Below are positions 37,968 through 50,823 of a stretch of DNA of 64,000 nt, piece by piece (positions within the stretch are counted from its first letter, which is position 1; each line of letters starts with the position of its first letter). The DNA is from Amoebidium appalachense (taxonomy: Eukaryota > Protista > Ichthyosporea). The stretch lies in assembly GCA_963693365.1 (NCBI GenBank), contig CAVNZM010000002.1, positions 496,001 through 560,000 on the forward strand, written 5' to 3'. The notes under the pieces are model-generated. The model worked only from the letters and a program-made list of their open reading frames with translations, made no database searches and was not told where the DNA came from. The translations under genes and the position numbers were made by a program.

Positions 37968-38535
37968 GCTGCGCCAGTCTGCAGCCCTCCTTCCCTTCTC
38001 CGCATATCTCGGGTCCCCGTCCTCCTCACTGCCCTCCTCCATCCCCCCACTGTTGCCATTCTCCTGCCCCCCCTCTGACGTCATCGTGTCAGACTCCTCC
38101 GGTTCAGATCGCGCCGATCCATTTTCAGGGCTGCAATCTCCAAGCGATGGCTGCGATCCAAGTGTAATCGTGGGCAGGCGGTAGTTCCTAAAAATAGCGT
38201 CCAATTGCTGCCCTGTAATCGTGGCGGGGTCCACGTTCCCGAAATCGCTATTCTGGGTGGTTTCAACCACATCGCACTCCATCATCAGGGGGAGGGCCAT
38301 GGCGGGGTCTCGAATTTGCGGGGATGGGGGGGTTTGAGAATTTCGGACCAGGGTGTGAAAATGATTGAGTAGGTCGTCGACCTGGGTCACCCCCAGAGGC
38401 ACTACGGGGGCACTTGGACCAGACACTGGGGTGGTGTGTGTGTGGTCACGGTAGGAGCGGAGGGTCTCGGCTAGGTGCGGGTAGTTGTCTGTAGGGAAGA
38501 AGGGGGGGTTAGAACAGGTAGGTGTCTGGGTGGGG

Positions 38536-38587
<52 letters not shown>

Positions 38588-38716
38588 GGTAAAGAAGTTG
38601 TCTGTGAGGGGGTTTTAAAACAGGTAGGGACACACTGTGGCACAGTTGCAGGCACACGGTCAGTGCTGGGGCAGGAAGCAGTACTATTCATGCTCATGGA
38701 GAAGGAAGTGGGAAGT

Positions 38717-38809
<93 letters not shown>

Positions 38810-38894
38810 CGCGTTGCGTGTGTGTGTGTGTGTGTGAGTCCGTGCGCGTGTGCATGTGTGTGTGAGTGCGTGTTGAGAAAGGGAGACTGGGACG

Positions 38895-38932
<38 letters not shown>

Positions 38933-39006
38933 GGGGGGGGAGGGGGACGCGGGAAGCAGAGACAACACACCTGCTACATGCCCGGGGAAATCCGCACTCT
39001 TCTGCA

Positions 39007-39040
<34 letters not shown>

Positions 39041-39042
39041 CC

Positions 39043-39073
<31 letters not shown>

Positions 39074-39437
39074 ACGTGCACGTGCAATCCTCTCCAGCAC
39101 GTGCTCCACCCCCCCCACCCCCGCCGCCACCATTCTCTCCCCGTCCTGTGTCCTGTGCTCTGCCTCGCTCATGGTGTGGCACACAAAGTGGTCAAAATCG
39201 GGCACGTTGGGTGAACCGTGGAGCCTGTCTCGGTAGCAGAGCGGTCTGGGGGGGGGTATGTGTTAGAGCGTGGGATGTGAAAAGTGTTAGGAATATGGAA
39301 CGAAAAAAACGAAAAGGAAGTAGAAAAAGTGCTGGCAGGAAGGACTTGAAGAGAACTGCAATTACAAAAAAAAAAAAAAAAAAAAAAAAAAATGATTTTT
39401 ACCCTACGTGTGGGAAGCAGAGGGAAAGGGGGAAAGT

Positions 39438-39472
<35 letters not shown>

Positions 39473-40344
39473 TGAATGCGGAACACGGTACGAAGTACGC
39501 ATACACGAAGGACACATGCAAAGGCAAACATTCAAGTATGCAACATAGCCATGCGCACAGTATGCGTCATAAGCAGAGCCCATCCTCAGGGAGGGCCCAA
39601 GTCATCAATTGCGTCTGAGTTTCGACCCCTTAGCCCGCGTATATACGACTCTCCAACTCAGACAGCAGCATCAACTGAACTTGGGAGGGTCAACCCGTCT
39701 TGATCAAAGACGAGCAGGGTTGCTTATGCAAGCAAGGTGAGCAAAACGGTGAATATGTGTGTGCAAACTGATGCAGTGCAGCGGAAAATGTGTATGTGCT
39801 TACAGATGCACGACACAGAGCAACCATGCCCGGTTGCATGGAAGTAAAGGGGGGGGGGGGGGGGGGGGGGGGGGGGGAGGATCAAGGAGCAGTAGTGGGG
39901 TAAGGTTGGCAGGCAGAGGAAAAGGGGAACCAGGGGGGGATCCAATATGGGGGGCCATGTGTGTTGTGCCCATGTGCTCTTGTGTGTGCATGTCAGCGCG
40001 CATGGTGTGTGTGTGTGCGCACCTGGATGTGTGTGTGTGAGCACGTGTGCGCATGGGCATGCATGTCAGTGTGTGTGTGATTGTGTCTGTGTGTGTGTGT
40101 GTACGCGCGCGCCTGTTTTGTGTGCATGTTACTAGAATGAAAGTACACACGTGTTTGTGTTTCGTCTGAGCATGCGCTCACACAAACAACTATTAGACAC
40201 GTGCACACGGCACATTCGTATACACACACAAGAGTATATTCACGTGCGGACACACACACACACAAAAGCACACACAAGTACACATACAGCGTGCATTAAC
40301 ATAATCACATATACACACAGGGTATTCGAGACATGCACAGTACG

Positions 40345-40402
<58 letters not shown>

Positions 40403-40457
40403 ACGCACACACACACACACACACACATCCGCGAGCGCACACACACGCACGTTAACA

Positions 40458-40540
<83 letters not shown>

Positions 40541-42162
40541 CAGCGGCTCGTCCCCCACGACTATGACACAGCTGCACAGTGCCAGGCTGTCCGTGCTTGT
40601 GATTGGCTCCTCGCTGTCGCTGTACAGTCTTGCCTTCCTATTGGCTGTGCCGTACACTGCCTCGTGACACTGCGACGCTACATCTTCAATCGTGGTGTTG
40701 GGCTGAACAAGGGGGAAGAGGGGGGGGGGGGGGGGAAGAGGGGGAGGGGAGGGGGGGAAGGGAAGGGGGGGGGGGGGGGGGGGTATGGGGAACGGGTAAG
40801 TGAGTATTTACAAGGAGGAATATAGAGACACGACCAAGTGTGCACGTGTGAACGTGTGTTCATGTATGAATGGAAGTGTGCATGTGTGTGCCTGTGCATA
40901 AATGTATGCATATGTTTATGTGCGAGTGTTCAGAACACACATGATGTGCGTGCATTGGTTTAAAGGGGGATAGGTAGAGCAGAAGGGGACAACCGTGAGA
41001 AGTGACTGAGAATCGCAGATTCGGCACATGCCCACGTTTGTGCAAAAGACTTGGATCCACCCACACCAAGTATGTACATGCCTGTGTGAGAGCATGCCAT
41101 GTTTGCATGTTCGTTTCAGTTCAACTTGTTGGTATATAGAGAAGCGCATGAAAGGAGAACGAATGCATGTGCCGGCAAAAGTCTTCCGTCTATTGACCTC
41201 GTTAAAAGACCCCGCTCCCTCGTCATAGGAAACACAGAATAGTCTGCCCGTCCGCTTGCCCCTATTTACCTCCTGGTGATGCAAGATGCCACGTGCCAAC
41301 TTAAAAATTCAATGAGAACAAGAACATGCATTATGCAGAACCTGTCCCACCCCTCACCGGCAACAGATGAACAGAGGGTTACTTGTCCCTGCACATCTTC
41401 AAACTCTCTCTGCCGGTCTACTGTCTCCCTCCCTCCCTCACACAATTCCACGCATTCATTCCCCTACCCCATCACCTCCAACCTCAAACAACCGCACCCA
41501 CCCACCTGCAGTGTTGCTGTATACGGCACAGCACCAGAAACATCAGGTCTCCCCGTATTTGGAAACAGGGTGAGCGGTAGGTCTATCGACACATACCCGT
41601 GCAGCCCTGTGTGCGTGCCTGTCAGTACAGTGAAATGCAAGCTTTTAACATCTGCCCAAAAAATCCAATGCACAAGCACACAAAAACGTGCATATGGAGC
41701 AACGCATTGGTGGCAAGTGTCCTAGCACAAGACAACTAACATGCAGACTGTGTGGACCACACCCACGAAAACTAAACTCTGTGCACACCTCTTACCACCT
41801 CTTGTGCATGCAGGCACCCACAGCACAGCATACCCCAAAGCATACATGCGCACACACCCATTCTCACCGCCACCCCCTCCCCCTCCCTCCCCACACTCTT
41901 CCTCTCACACAAGCACACACACACATACAAAAACGCACGTGAACACATGTAAGTATGAACTCACGTACATACGCACACACAAACCGCTGCATGCACGCGC
42001 ACAGAAAAACGTGCACGCACACACACACACACAAAAGCCCCCCCGTGCATGCAAACACGCAAACACACATAAAGGCTACACCCACACACCGTTTCCTCTG
42101 TCGCCCAGCAGCCCGGCCAGGCCGTGGGGTTGGGGCTGCACAAGACTCTGTCCGAGCTCCAT
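31851..42162 (-). CDS. bHLH-leucine zipper-PAS domain protein; exons 42162-42090, 41606-41506, 40702-40539, 39245-38971, 38488-37966, 37310-37154, 36691-36587, 33699-33539, 31998-31851
   Basis: All nine GT-AG exons join in phase. HLH: RRAADWRSREKIRKSLRDLKVSVPGLKESQSLSKAEIFRRAADFL; zipper NSQLQAHSEQLSAQLEQLQADTERL; PAS-like LMLVDWASRVVVFVDHQWEIAFGRPREAVIGR...FRGDGQLLAFLTTIQPVFD. Confidence 0.78.
32420..32585. repeat. ~30-37-bp tandem repeat (ACCCCACCAACCAGTGCCTCATCCACCACCCCCCTTA)
   Basis: About five visible units. Confidence 0.75.
32845..33221 (-). mobile_element. Apparently full-length (~377 nt) structured repeat, subfamily B; flanked by A-type 3' fragments at 32706-32759 (+) and 33238-33345 (-)
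   Basis: Near-identical to 39471-39848; C-tracts at both ends on the element strand. Confidence 0.92.
34375..35977 (+). repeat. Diverged ~290-bp direct repeats (34375-34662 and 35692-35977)
   Basis: Shared CTTCTGTCGACATCACAT, CCGGCAACGGTAAACATATGATATGCAACCAAT, TGGGTGAGATCTTG, GAAGATTTACATT and GCTGAGATATTGCATAGATCGGGTGC. Confidence 0.85.
34735..35664 (+). mobile_element. 5'-truncated, frameshifted non-LTR retrotransposon 3' fragment
   Basis: Two overlapping ORFs give a post-RT segment (LLSVFGLPPARQRMNELGLRF) and a Cys/His C-terminus (WRCN...CHFCAEPFSRKHLDRC...IDYLLN), followed by a hairpin CGAGATATC-GGT-GATATCTCG, AATAAA and an A-rich tail. Family assignment is from recalled similarity only. 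Confidence 0.6.
36280..36530. repeat. 24-bp minisatellite (GCATGCACATGCACGTGTATATCT)n
   Basis: About ten tandem units. Confidence 0.9.
39471..39848 (-). mobile_element. Apparently full-length (~378 nt) structured repeat, subfamily B
   Basis: Near-identical to 32845-33221; embedded in a G/C homopolymer on both sides. Confidence 0.92.
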
Positions 42163-43290
42163 GGCGTGCGCTGGATGTAAAACCACCTCTCTTTCCGTAT
42201 GCACATGCATCCACCTATAGACACGCGTACAATCGTGTCTGTGTGCGTACTAAAGCTTCCTTATCTCTTGAAGAAGGCTCAACGGTGTAGCAGTGGCCAA
42301 ACTGGAGTTGAATGTCTATCCCTAACTGGTTTCTAAAAAAACACGCAAAAGCAAGAACAGCACACCCACACGTGCACACCAACAACAAGTATGTTGAAGG
42401 AAGACACAGTAAACCCCTGAGTAATGTTGTGCCTGTGCGTGTGGTAAAGCCGCCTGCCCCTCAGCTAAACGCTTCGAAACAGCCGCCATTCAGGCTCGGA
42501 GCTCATGAGACTGTGGCCAGGACTGAGTAGCCCTCAGTACTGTCCTGTGATAGATATGATGGAGGTTTACAGCTCTCCAATATAAAGCAGAATAGTAAGG
42601 CAAGAGTAAGAGAGCTGGTAATTGTATATTTCTGTAATAAATCTTTTGCTTAGATGATTTTTGTGTGTGTTTTTTTTGTGGTGAGTGAAGTAATTGCTAA
42701 TATCACAAGACCCCTTTCACTTCATTAGGTTTGGAGACATTAAAGAGTACGACCCTATTCGAGGAAAGCCAGAAGACTAAAAATAGAACATGACATCATA
42801 TTAGCCTCATCGAAAATGCTTTTCCGATTGGGAGAGAGCGAGTTAAAAGGAATACCAAGAGAGCGAAGCAGACAAACACTGCTATTCGGGCGTAAACTGA
42901 ATTGGTCAGAGGTTACCTGCGCGTGTTTCCACAGAAATATCCGTTATAATTCTCATTTATTTATCTTTGAAACCCTAATAAACTATTGAAAAAATAATAT
43001 GGTAAATCAACTCCCTGTACACTGTTGCCAAATCGCTTCTGTAAAGGACAAGATCATAGGGACGTGGGTGCTCCCAGCATCAAGCAACAATGTTTTGCCC
43101 TGCTCCAAGGCCAATCAGTATGCCGGGAACACCCCGCGCCACCAACTATAAAAGCAGAACCTTCAGTGTTTTCGCACCAAACCACACTGTGCTCTTAGGC
43201 GCATTCCAAAACACAGTCACCAAGCGGATTTCTTAGCCTTAACTCAACTGCGGACACTCGAAAGTAAGGGATTTTTTACCCTTTTTCAAT

Positions 43291-45069
43291 ATGGCGAAGA
43301 CCCGCATGGCGCTAGTCGCCACCCTCCTCTTCACCGGCTCCGCATACGGCGCTTTTCTTGAAGGTGAGAACCAAAGCTCAGGCGACAGCTCCACCCCAAC
43401 CTCAGTTTCCTCAAATCCCAACGATGTTTTCCCTGGTGTGCCTCAGGCACCTTCAAATTCGGATGGGCAGGCGGCCCAGTTTCCAGGTAGTGTAGCCATG
43501 CCTGGCATGCAAGGTGATGGAGAGGACACAGAGAACGACGGAGATAGTGACGACGGCTCCTCCTCTCCCTCCTTCCCCGGTGTCCCCAGTATCAACACCA
43601 TGCCCCCCATGGACAACAACCAGGGCCCATCCATGCCCAACAATGGCGACTACCAGGCCCCTGGTGGGATGATTGACATCATCATTAGCGACATGCCCAT
43701 GGGCGCTACTGATCCAAACGACGAGGGCCCAGACGAGGAGCCAGACATGCCCATGTTTCCCTCTGGCCCACAGGCAGGCAATTACCCCGCTGGTGCACCG
43801 AGCAACCTCGACGACATGTTCCAAATCATCAACGAGGCAGTCAACTCCATGCTCGGTAGCGGCGCAAATAGCAATGGGCCCGATGGTAAATGGCCCTCAA
43901 TTGTAAAGGGCGGCAACAGCAACCCCTACAAGTACCCGGGCCTGGGAGGCTACCTGAAGGGTGAATCACGTGAGCTGGCGAAGAACTGCACACGTGCCAT
44001 GGACGCTGCATGCAACTGCACGTCGACTGGGGGCATGCGCTGTGCCAAGGAGTGCTGGTTCGACGAGGCAAAGATTGACAATGCCGTTGCGGAGGGCTGC
44101 CCTGTGCTGAGCTGCCACCGTGCCACGCTCAAGCACTGCGACACGTGCTTCAATGCCCGCACATTCCGCATCAACGCCACGTGCATTGCTGAGTGCGATC
44201 TGACAAAGACTAAGGTGTGTACTCTCGGCCCCTCCGCCCTCCTCCCCTTTCATACGTTTCCTCCCTGTTTCTGTTTAGTTTTTGGAAGTCTGGGTAGCAA
44301 ATACTATTGAATGTCTCGATTCCTTTTCTTTTTCTTTCTTTCTTTCTTTCTTTTTTTTTTTTTTCTTTTGTTGATCGCGGCCTGAGCAGCGAAGAATGGG
44401 CAACGTGACTTTCGAATCCTGTGCTTCTGTAGTGTGACGGAATAGCCCTTCGGAGCCACACAGTGAAAAATTTGAATATGCAAAAACAGGTAGCAAACAA
44501 GGTCCTCTTCAACCCAAACTAACCATCGCATGCAATCACAGGAACTGATCGACGGGGGCTGCACCAAGCTCCAATGCCGCATGGCCACCAACCAGACCTG
44601 CACCCCAATTTGCAACGATGAGTGTGCCGATCTGTGCTCCGATTCCGCCACCACCACTGCCTCTGCCCCGACCCCTACGCCCGAAACCATACCTGCCGGC
44701 AGTACCGAACCTGCCACGCGCCACTGGGGCCATAATGGGCCAGCAGACATGATCATTGGGTGGGGTGACATGGGCCCAGCTAGTGACGAGCAGGCTGCAT
44801 TGGTTAAGGCCTATAAGTGCGCCGTGTGCACTGACAGGTGCTTTAGGAATTGCCGCCGTGACAATGCTGAGGCCCTTAACAAGCAGGGCTGCCAGCTTAA
44901 GGTGCACGCACGCCCTAGCACCACTGCAGACAGGCCCCTTAAACCCACAGCCACTGTAGTTGAGAGTGTGACTATCACGGAGAGTATCGTACAGACGGCG
45001 GCTGCTGCTGCTCCCCCTTCAAGTGCCGCCCCTGCTTTCCCCACGGCAATTGAGACACCCACTGCTTAG
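43291..45069 (+). CDS. Secreted Cys-rich repeat protein of unknown function; exons 43291-44214 and probably 44542-45069
   Basis: Signal-peptide-like MAKTRMALVATLLFTGSAYG, acidic P/G/D-rich linker, repeated Cx3C...GCx4C units, T/A/P-rich tail; branch-like CTAAC before the acceptor at 44541; TATAAAA at about 43148. Confidence 0.8.
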
Positions 45070-46910
45070 TGGGTGGGTGGAATTTGTGGAAAATTGCTGG
45101 GATATAATACACGGGAGAGTGCGAGTTGGGTACCGCAGGCCGGTGCATGCGCTCCTGGTTGAGCGCTAATTATTTTTGATAGTAGCAACCAGTGGTTGTT
45201 TGGTACAACATAAAAGTAGATATAAACGGTATTAGATATACCGGATAGTTTTAGGTGTGCCTGCCGCAGGCGGCTGTGTGCAAACAGTACATAGGTATTA
45301 CGTGACTGGTGAGGCCGGCCTCCACCAAGGGGAAGAGAAGCCACCGTACAGCAGGCCCTCTTACCCCACACTTGGATCGAAAAATAAGTTGAAACAAATC
45401 GCAACGTAATTGTGTGTGTGTGCGTGTGTGTGGTGTGTGTTTTCAAGTTTTGTGTTTGTGTGCTGGTGCGTCGGCGTGCCGCCATCTGCTTGCGTGTGTG
45501 TGGCGTGTGCACGAGCGCGCGCGCGTGTGCGTGCATGTGTGTGTGTGTGTGTGCGCGCGCGCGCGCACGCGCAGGCGCGTGCGAGTGTGCTTGTGTGCTT
45601 TTGTGCGTGCACGTGCGCGTGTTTAGGTGTGTTTGTGTCGGTGCCGGTGGGTGGGTGAATGTTGGTGTTGGTGGGTGAGTGTGTGTGTGATGTGTTTTCT
45701 TAGTTCTATAGGCCCTCCATCAGCTTACTGTATATCAAACTCAACCCAGAAGAATTCGTGTTGAAGGGGGGAGGGAAGCAGGGGGGGGGGGGGGGGGGGG
45801 AAGGGGGGAGGGGGGAGGGGGGGAAGGGGGGGGGGAGGTGGAGGGGGGCTGATCTGAGGTTTCGGTCTAAGAGTGAGAGAGCAAGGCACCTGGCAAAGTT
45901 GTGCATATATGCAGCTGTTCGAGTGGCATAGGTCGATGTATGCCTGTGGGGAAGGCAGTGAATGGGGGTAGGCAGGTGGGGGCGCTTGGGGGGGGGGGGG
46001 GGGGGGGGGGGAGGGGGCGGGGAAAGGGGGGGTGGCGGGGATGGGGGGGCGGGAGGAAGGGGGGGGAGGGGGGGGAGTGATGGAGGGGAGAGGGGGGGGG
46101 GGGGTTGACCTTTCACTGCAATCATGTGACTACACTGACCAATCACCTGCAACAACCCCATATTCATAATTTGTTTGGAGAGTCGGTTGGAAGGAAGCCC
46201 AGTTGTATAGTGCTTACAAACTAGTAGTAGCAATGCAAAAGAAACAGTGGTTGGCGAGTATGGGCCTCTTAGTGTGGGAGGCCGAAGAATTTAATGGATA
46301 CTGTTATTGTAGGAAAAGGCTTCAGTTTTGGAAGGGGTTGCACTGTATTCAACTCTGACAGTGTGCGTCTGTGTGATGAAAATTAAGTGTTGTGGGGGAG
46401 CCGGGGAGAGGGCGGGGGGAGGGAGGGGGGAGGTGTGTGTGTTTTGGCCCGGAGAGGGGGGTAGGCGGGGGGAGGGGGGGGAGGGGGGGGAGGCGGATGG
46501 GGGTAAGGGCAGGGTTGTGTGCGTGTGGTTGGGGGCGGGGGCAGGGGAAGGGGGTGGGAGGGGGGGGGGGGGGGGGGGGGGACTCTGACGTTTTTTTTTT
46601 TTTTTATTATTATTTTTTTTTTTTTTATGTGTAGGCTTGCCAGGTTTGGGAAAAGAAATAGAGCAATCACGTCAGCAAATGAGCCTCAAGAATCAAACAC
46701 AAGTTCTTGTTTCAGTGAGACCAAATGACCAATAGCTCTCAGTCACATCTGTGACCTGTCAACCCCCCCCCTCTTCCCCCCCATTTCCCCCCCCTATACT
46801 GGAAAAATTCTGCACAATGTCATATCGTCTGTGAAAAGATCACACGTGTATGTACTGGCAATACTACTGCATGCTCATGTGCATATGTGTGTTCAACCCC
46901 GCCCCCCCCC

Positions 46911-46944
<34 letters not shown>

Positions 46945-47450
46945 CCTCCCGCCATCATCCTACGGCTCCTCATACCCCACTGTAGGCCTGTGTGTTCATG
47001 TCCGGCTGTATGCATGTGTGTTTTGGTGTGTCGTTTTACAAGCTGTTCTGTGTGTGCTAATGCGTAGATATTCACATCTACACGTGTGCATTTTCGTGCC
47101 ATGTGTATGTGTGCACGCATGCATGTACATGCAAACTCTGGCGATGTGCCACGAAGGGCTGGATGTGCTCGTGTGTAAGGGATGCCAGTGGGTGCGCAAG
47201 GGAGGGGGGAGGAGGGGGAGGGAGGGGGTTGAGAGGGAGTACAGGTGTTGGGGGTCGTGTTATTTGAATAAAAGTTTAGAAGTCCACTGATGCGGTTGTC
47301 TCTCAAAGCCACAGTTACCCACCCCCCACTCCCCCCACTCCTCCTCCTCCTCGTTCCTTCCCCCCCCGGGCCCTCCTCCCCCCCCCCCCCCCCTCCCCCC
47401 CCTCCCCCTCCCCCCCCCCCCCCCCCCCCCCCCGGGGGCCACCACCACCA

Positions 47451-47508
<58 letters not shown>

Positions 47509-48401
47509 ACAACCACCACTTTTTCCCACCTTTCTGGCCATGGGGCCTCCCATTTCTTTCAGGTCCTTCTTCTTCTTCTTCTTCTTCTTCTTCTTCTTCT
47601 TCTTCTTCTTCTTCTTCTTCTTCTTCTTCTTTTTTTTTTTTTTTTTTTTTAAGCCCTTTTTTTGTGCTGGTGGCGGCGGAGAAGGGAAAAGGGAAAGGGA
47701 AAAAGGGGGGAGGGGGGGAGGGTAGGGAGGAGGGGGAGGGGGGGAGGGGGGGGGGTTGTACTTAAAAACGTAGGCAAGCAGCACATACCCACTAGTGATG
47801 CTGGGGCAAAGACGATTTTTCTCTCTCACGAGGATCCCCGGCGTGCCGTCTTCAAACCCCCCCCCCCCCCCCCATCCCGCCTGTGCCCCCCCCCCCCCCC
47901 CCTCCCCCCTCCCCTTTCTTCTGTTCGTTGTCTGTCTCAAACCGCAACTCCCCCTCCCCCCTTCCCCCCCCCTCCCCCGCCACCTCTCTTATCTGATGCA
48001 TACACGTGCATGCATGCATCACAAGAGCACACACCATGACTTGCACAAACACACACACATACACACCGAAACACTGTGACACACAACTTGTGACACACAC
48101 ACAGACGCGCATGATAGCACATGCCCACGCACCCCCTAACGTACACACACACATACACACAGACATGAACAGTTTCACACACGAACACATGTGGCGAAAT
48201 GAGCTCGGTCTCTAAAGGGCGGGGGCAGGGGCGGGAGGAGGGGGGAGGGGGGTGGGGGTGGGGGTGGGAGGATCTGATGATTGGGTGGTATTTGGGTTAG
48301 GGTGGGTGGGTGGGTGGGGGGGGGGGGGGGGGGGGGGTGGGGGTGGGGGGGGGGGGGGGGAGTGATTCGGGAATTGGAGAGGCCACCGTCATGCTGAAAA
48401 T

Positions 48402-48474
<73 letters not shown>

Positions 48475-49171
48475 CCATCCTCCCCCCTTCCTTCCATCCT
48501 GTTCCCCCCTCCCCACCCCCACCCCCCAACACCCCGCCATGCACCCGAGTTCCAAAAGCCGTTGAAGAGTACATCATAAGTGTCCTTGTTTGTGCGAATT
48601 CATGTTCGTGTTCGTGGCACTTGAATGACTTGCTGGACTTGATTTGATGCAGTGACTGGCGGCCAGTGCACGTGACACGAAGTCGAAAATCGAAATGCCA
48701 AAGAATGCATCTTATCTTTGTTTACCTCCAAACGATTGGCCAATAGAACGAGGCTGGTAAAGATGTAGATTCGTCTGATAACGAATGTCGTCAAGCAAGG
48801 CGTTATATATAGCTATGCATCTGTAGATGTACATGCACAGTAGGGCACTCAAAAATTATGAATCGTAATAAAACACGCTTATATAATTGTAATAAGAGCC
48901 ACTTTTTGTTTGCAGCGGTTTGTCGCAGAATTTGGTGAATATGAACTGGAAAGTGATGTACAGCATATTTTGCCCTCCTCTAATCCAAAGGTATATAACA
49001 GTAGAGGACTCGAAGTTCAACCAGTCAGTGTACTGAGCTGGGCAGTCGCAAGTGAAGTTCACTTGACTGCACCACGTGGTAAATCGGCATATGCAAAAAA
49101 ACCCAACCCAATGCTAACAGCTATAACGCCATAAGGCACATTGCTAATAACCATAACGCCATAGAAGCAAG

Positions 49172-49732
49172 ATGCAACATGTGGGCAGACTCTCCTTCAG
49201 CCGGGCCCCGCCCGCCCCCACCAACATCAACCCTGCACACGTGTTCACGCACGCCTTCCGGAGTCGTCGCCATGAGGGCGCCAGCCCCTTTGAAGGAATT
49301 CACGACACCATCCGCCTGGGAAGTCACGTGGTGGTTGCTATGGATACCAGGGGCCACGCGCACACGGGGGCGGTAAAGGTGCGCTATCACGACAAAGAGG
49401 GACACCCATGCAGCTACGAAAAATGGGCGGAGGTGTGGGACACACTGCTGGCAGATGCAACGGAAAACACGGACATGTGCGTGTGGACGTGCACGGATAC
49501 CCCCATGGGTGTTGAGCTGATGGATGCTAGCGAGAGGCAGGGGGTGAGAGAGAGATGTCTGAAAGCAGTAGGGTTGATTGTGGAAGTTGAAACATGGCGC
49601 ATGGGTGGAAGGGCGGGGAGGCAGTATGCGGCAAGTGTGTCGGTGCTGGTCGGGGAGAGGGCAAAGCTGCACCTGAAGGACGTGTGCAACAGGGTGTGCA
49701 CGCACATGCAACTGGCTTCTGGTGCTAATTAG
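49172..49732 (+). CDS. Hypothetical ORF or terminal exon (186 aa)
   Basis: Normal-complexity open frame; no recognisable domain and upstream exons could not be phased. Confidence 0.3.
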   Translation: MQHVGRLSFSRAPPAPTNINPAHVFTHAFRSRRHEGASPFEGIHDTIRLGSHVVVAMDTRGHAHTGAVKVRYHDKEGHPCSYEKWAEVWDTLLADATENTDMCVWTCTDTPMGVELMDASERQGVRERCLKAVGLIVEVETWRMGGRAGRQYAASVSVLVGERAKLHLKDVCNRVCTHMQLASGAN

Positions 49733-50660
49733 GGGTGGTATTACATAACCCGTATGCTTTGCAAACACCGTCTCAGTATGCTAACCCAAACGTATACATA
49801 CAGTACTGTACATATGCACGTATATGGCCCAGTGGCCTTGGGCTAGTCCCATGGCAATGCACGTCCGCATTTGGTGTTCGAATCATCCTGTCAATTATTT
49901 CTACTACATGTCGGCCGTGAGCGTTAGCTAACATGATACATACGCCCTGCTTAGGCTGTTACGGTACGTGTAGCTATAGCAACGGTTCGGTTCACTAATA
50001 TTAGTTGATTGTCTGCACAGGCGGCATAACATGTGAAGGTGGATATGACCAATAAAAAGCAATCAGTGATGGCAATAAAGAAATTTGCATCATAACCGAA
50101 GTTCGATTTCCTCTCTCCGTCCCATCCCCCCCCCCCCTCCCTTCCCCCCACCGGTGGTGGTGGGGAGGGGCGTCCTTCCACGATATTGGCAATATGAAAA
50201 AAACAGAGAACCCTCGTGGTGATGTTGCCATATTTGGCAGGCCTAGGACCTGGTGAACCGTCGCCCTCACATACTTCGATGGCACCTGCCTCCCTCCGGC
50301 TTAAAAGCCATATATGTAACACATGTGCTTGCCATATCCCCCCCCCCCCCCCCCGGCCCCCCCCTCCCCTCCCCCCCGCGGGTTGCCAGCGGTTTATGAT
50401 ACTGAGGCCCTTGTGCACTGTCAGTGTACACATGATCAGTGCAAATTTAAATCCGCTAATGTTAGTCCATTGTGGTTGCAGTGGGGTTGTATGCGTGCAC
50501 AAGCGTGCCCATGTGTGTGCGTGCGCACGTGATGTGTGTGTGTGGCTCTACTAAAGAACAAAAAAAAACACCATAAAGTTGGCACTAAAGAAGAGCGAAA
50601 ATTTTAGCCACACGCGCTCGGAACGAGCACATTCGCACACACACACGATGATGCACACAC

Positions 50661-50698
<38 letters not shown>

Positions 50699-50742
50699 TC
50701 ACGCGTGGTTGCGTATACACACACACACACACACACACACTG

Positions 50743-50777
<35 letters not shown>

Positions 50778-50781
50778 GTGC

Positions 50782-50823
<42 letters not shown>

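Noticed and set aside
38660-38717. Possible extra bHLH-gene exon (LPTSFSMSMNSTASCPSTD)
   Set aside because: No AG acceptor in the given sequence and flanking exons already join in phase.
44320-44470. tRNA-derived SINE-like segment on minus strand with A-rich tail
   Set aside because: A/B boxes degenerate, no cloverleaf, single copy in the window.
45700-49134. Scattered exon-like islands and an (AAG)n poly-Lys frame
   Set aside because: No phase-consistent gene model or recognisable domain.
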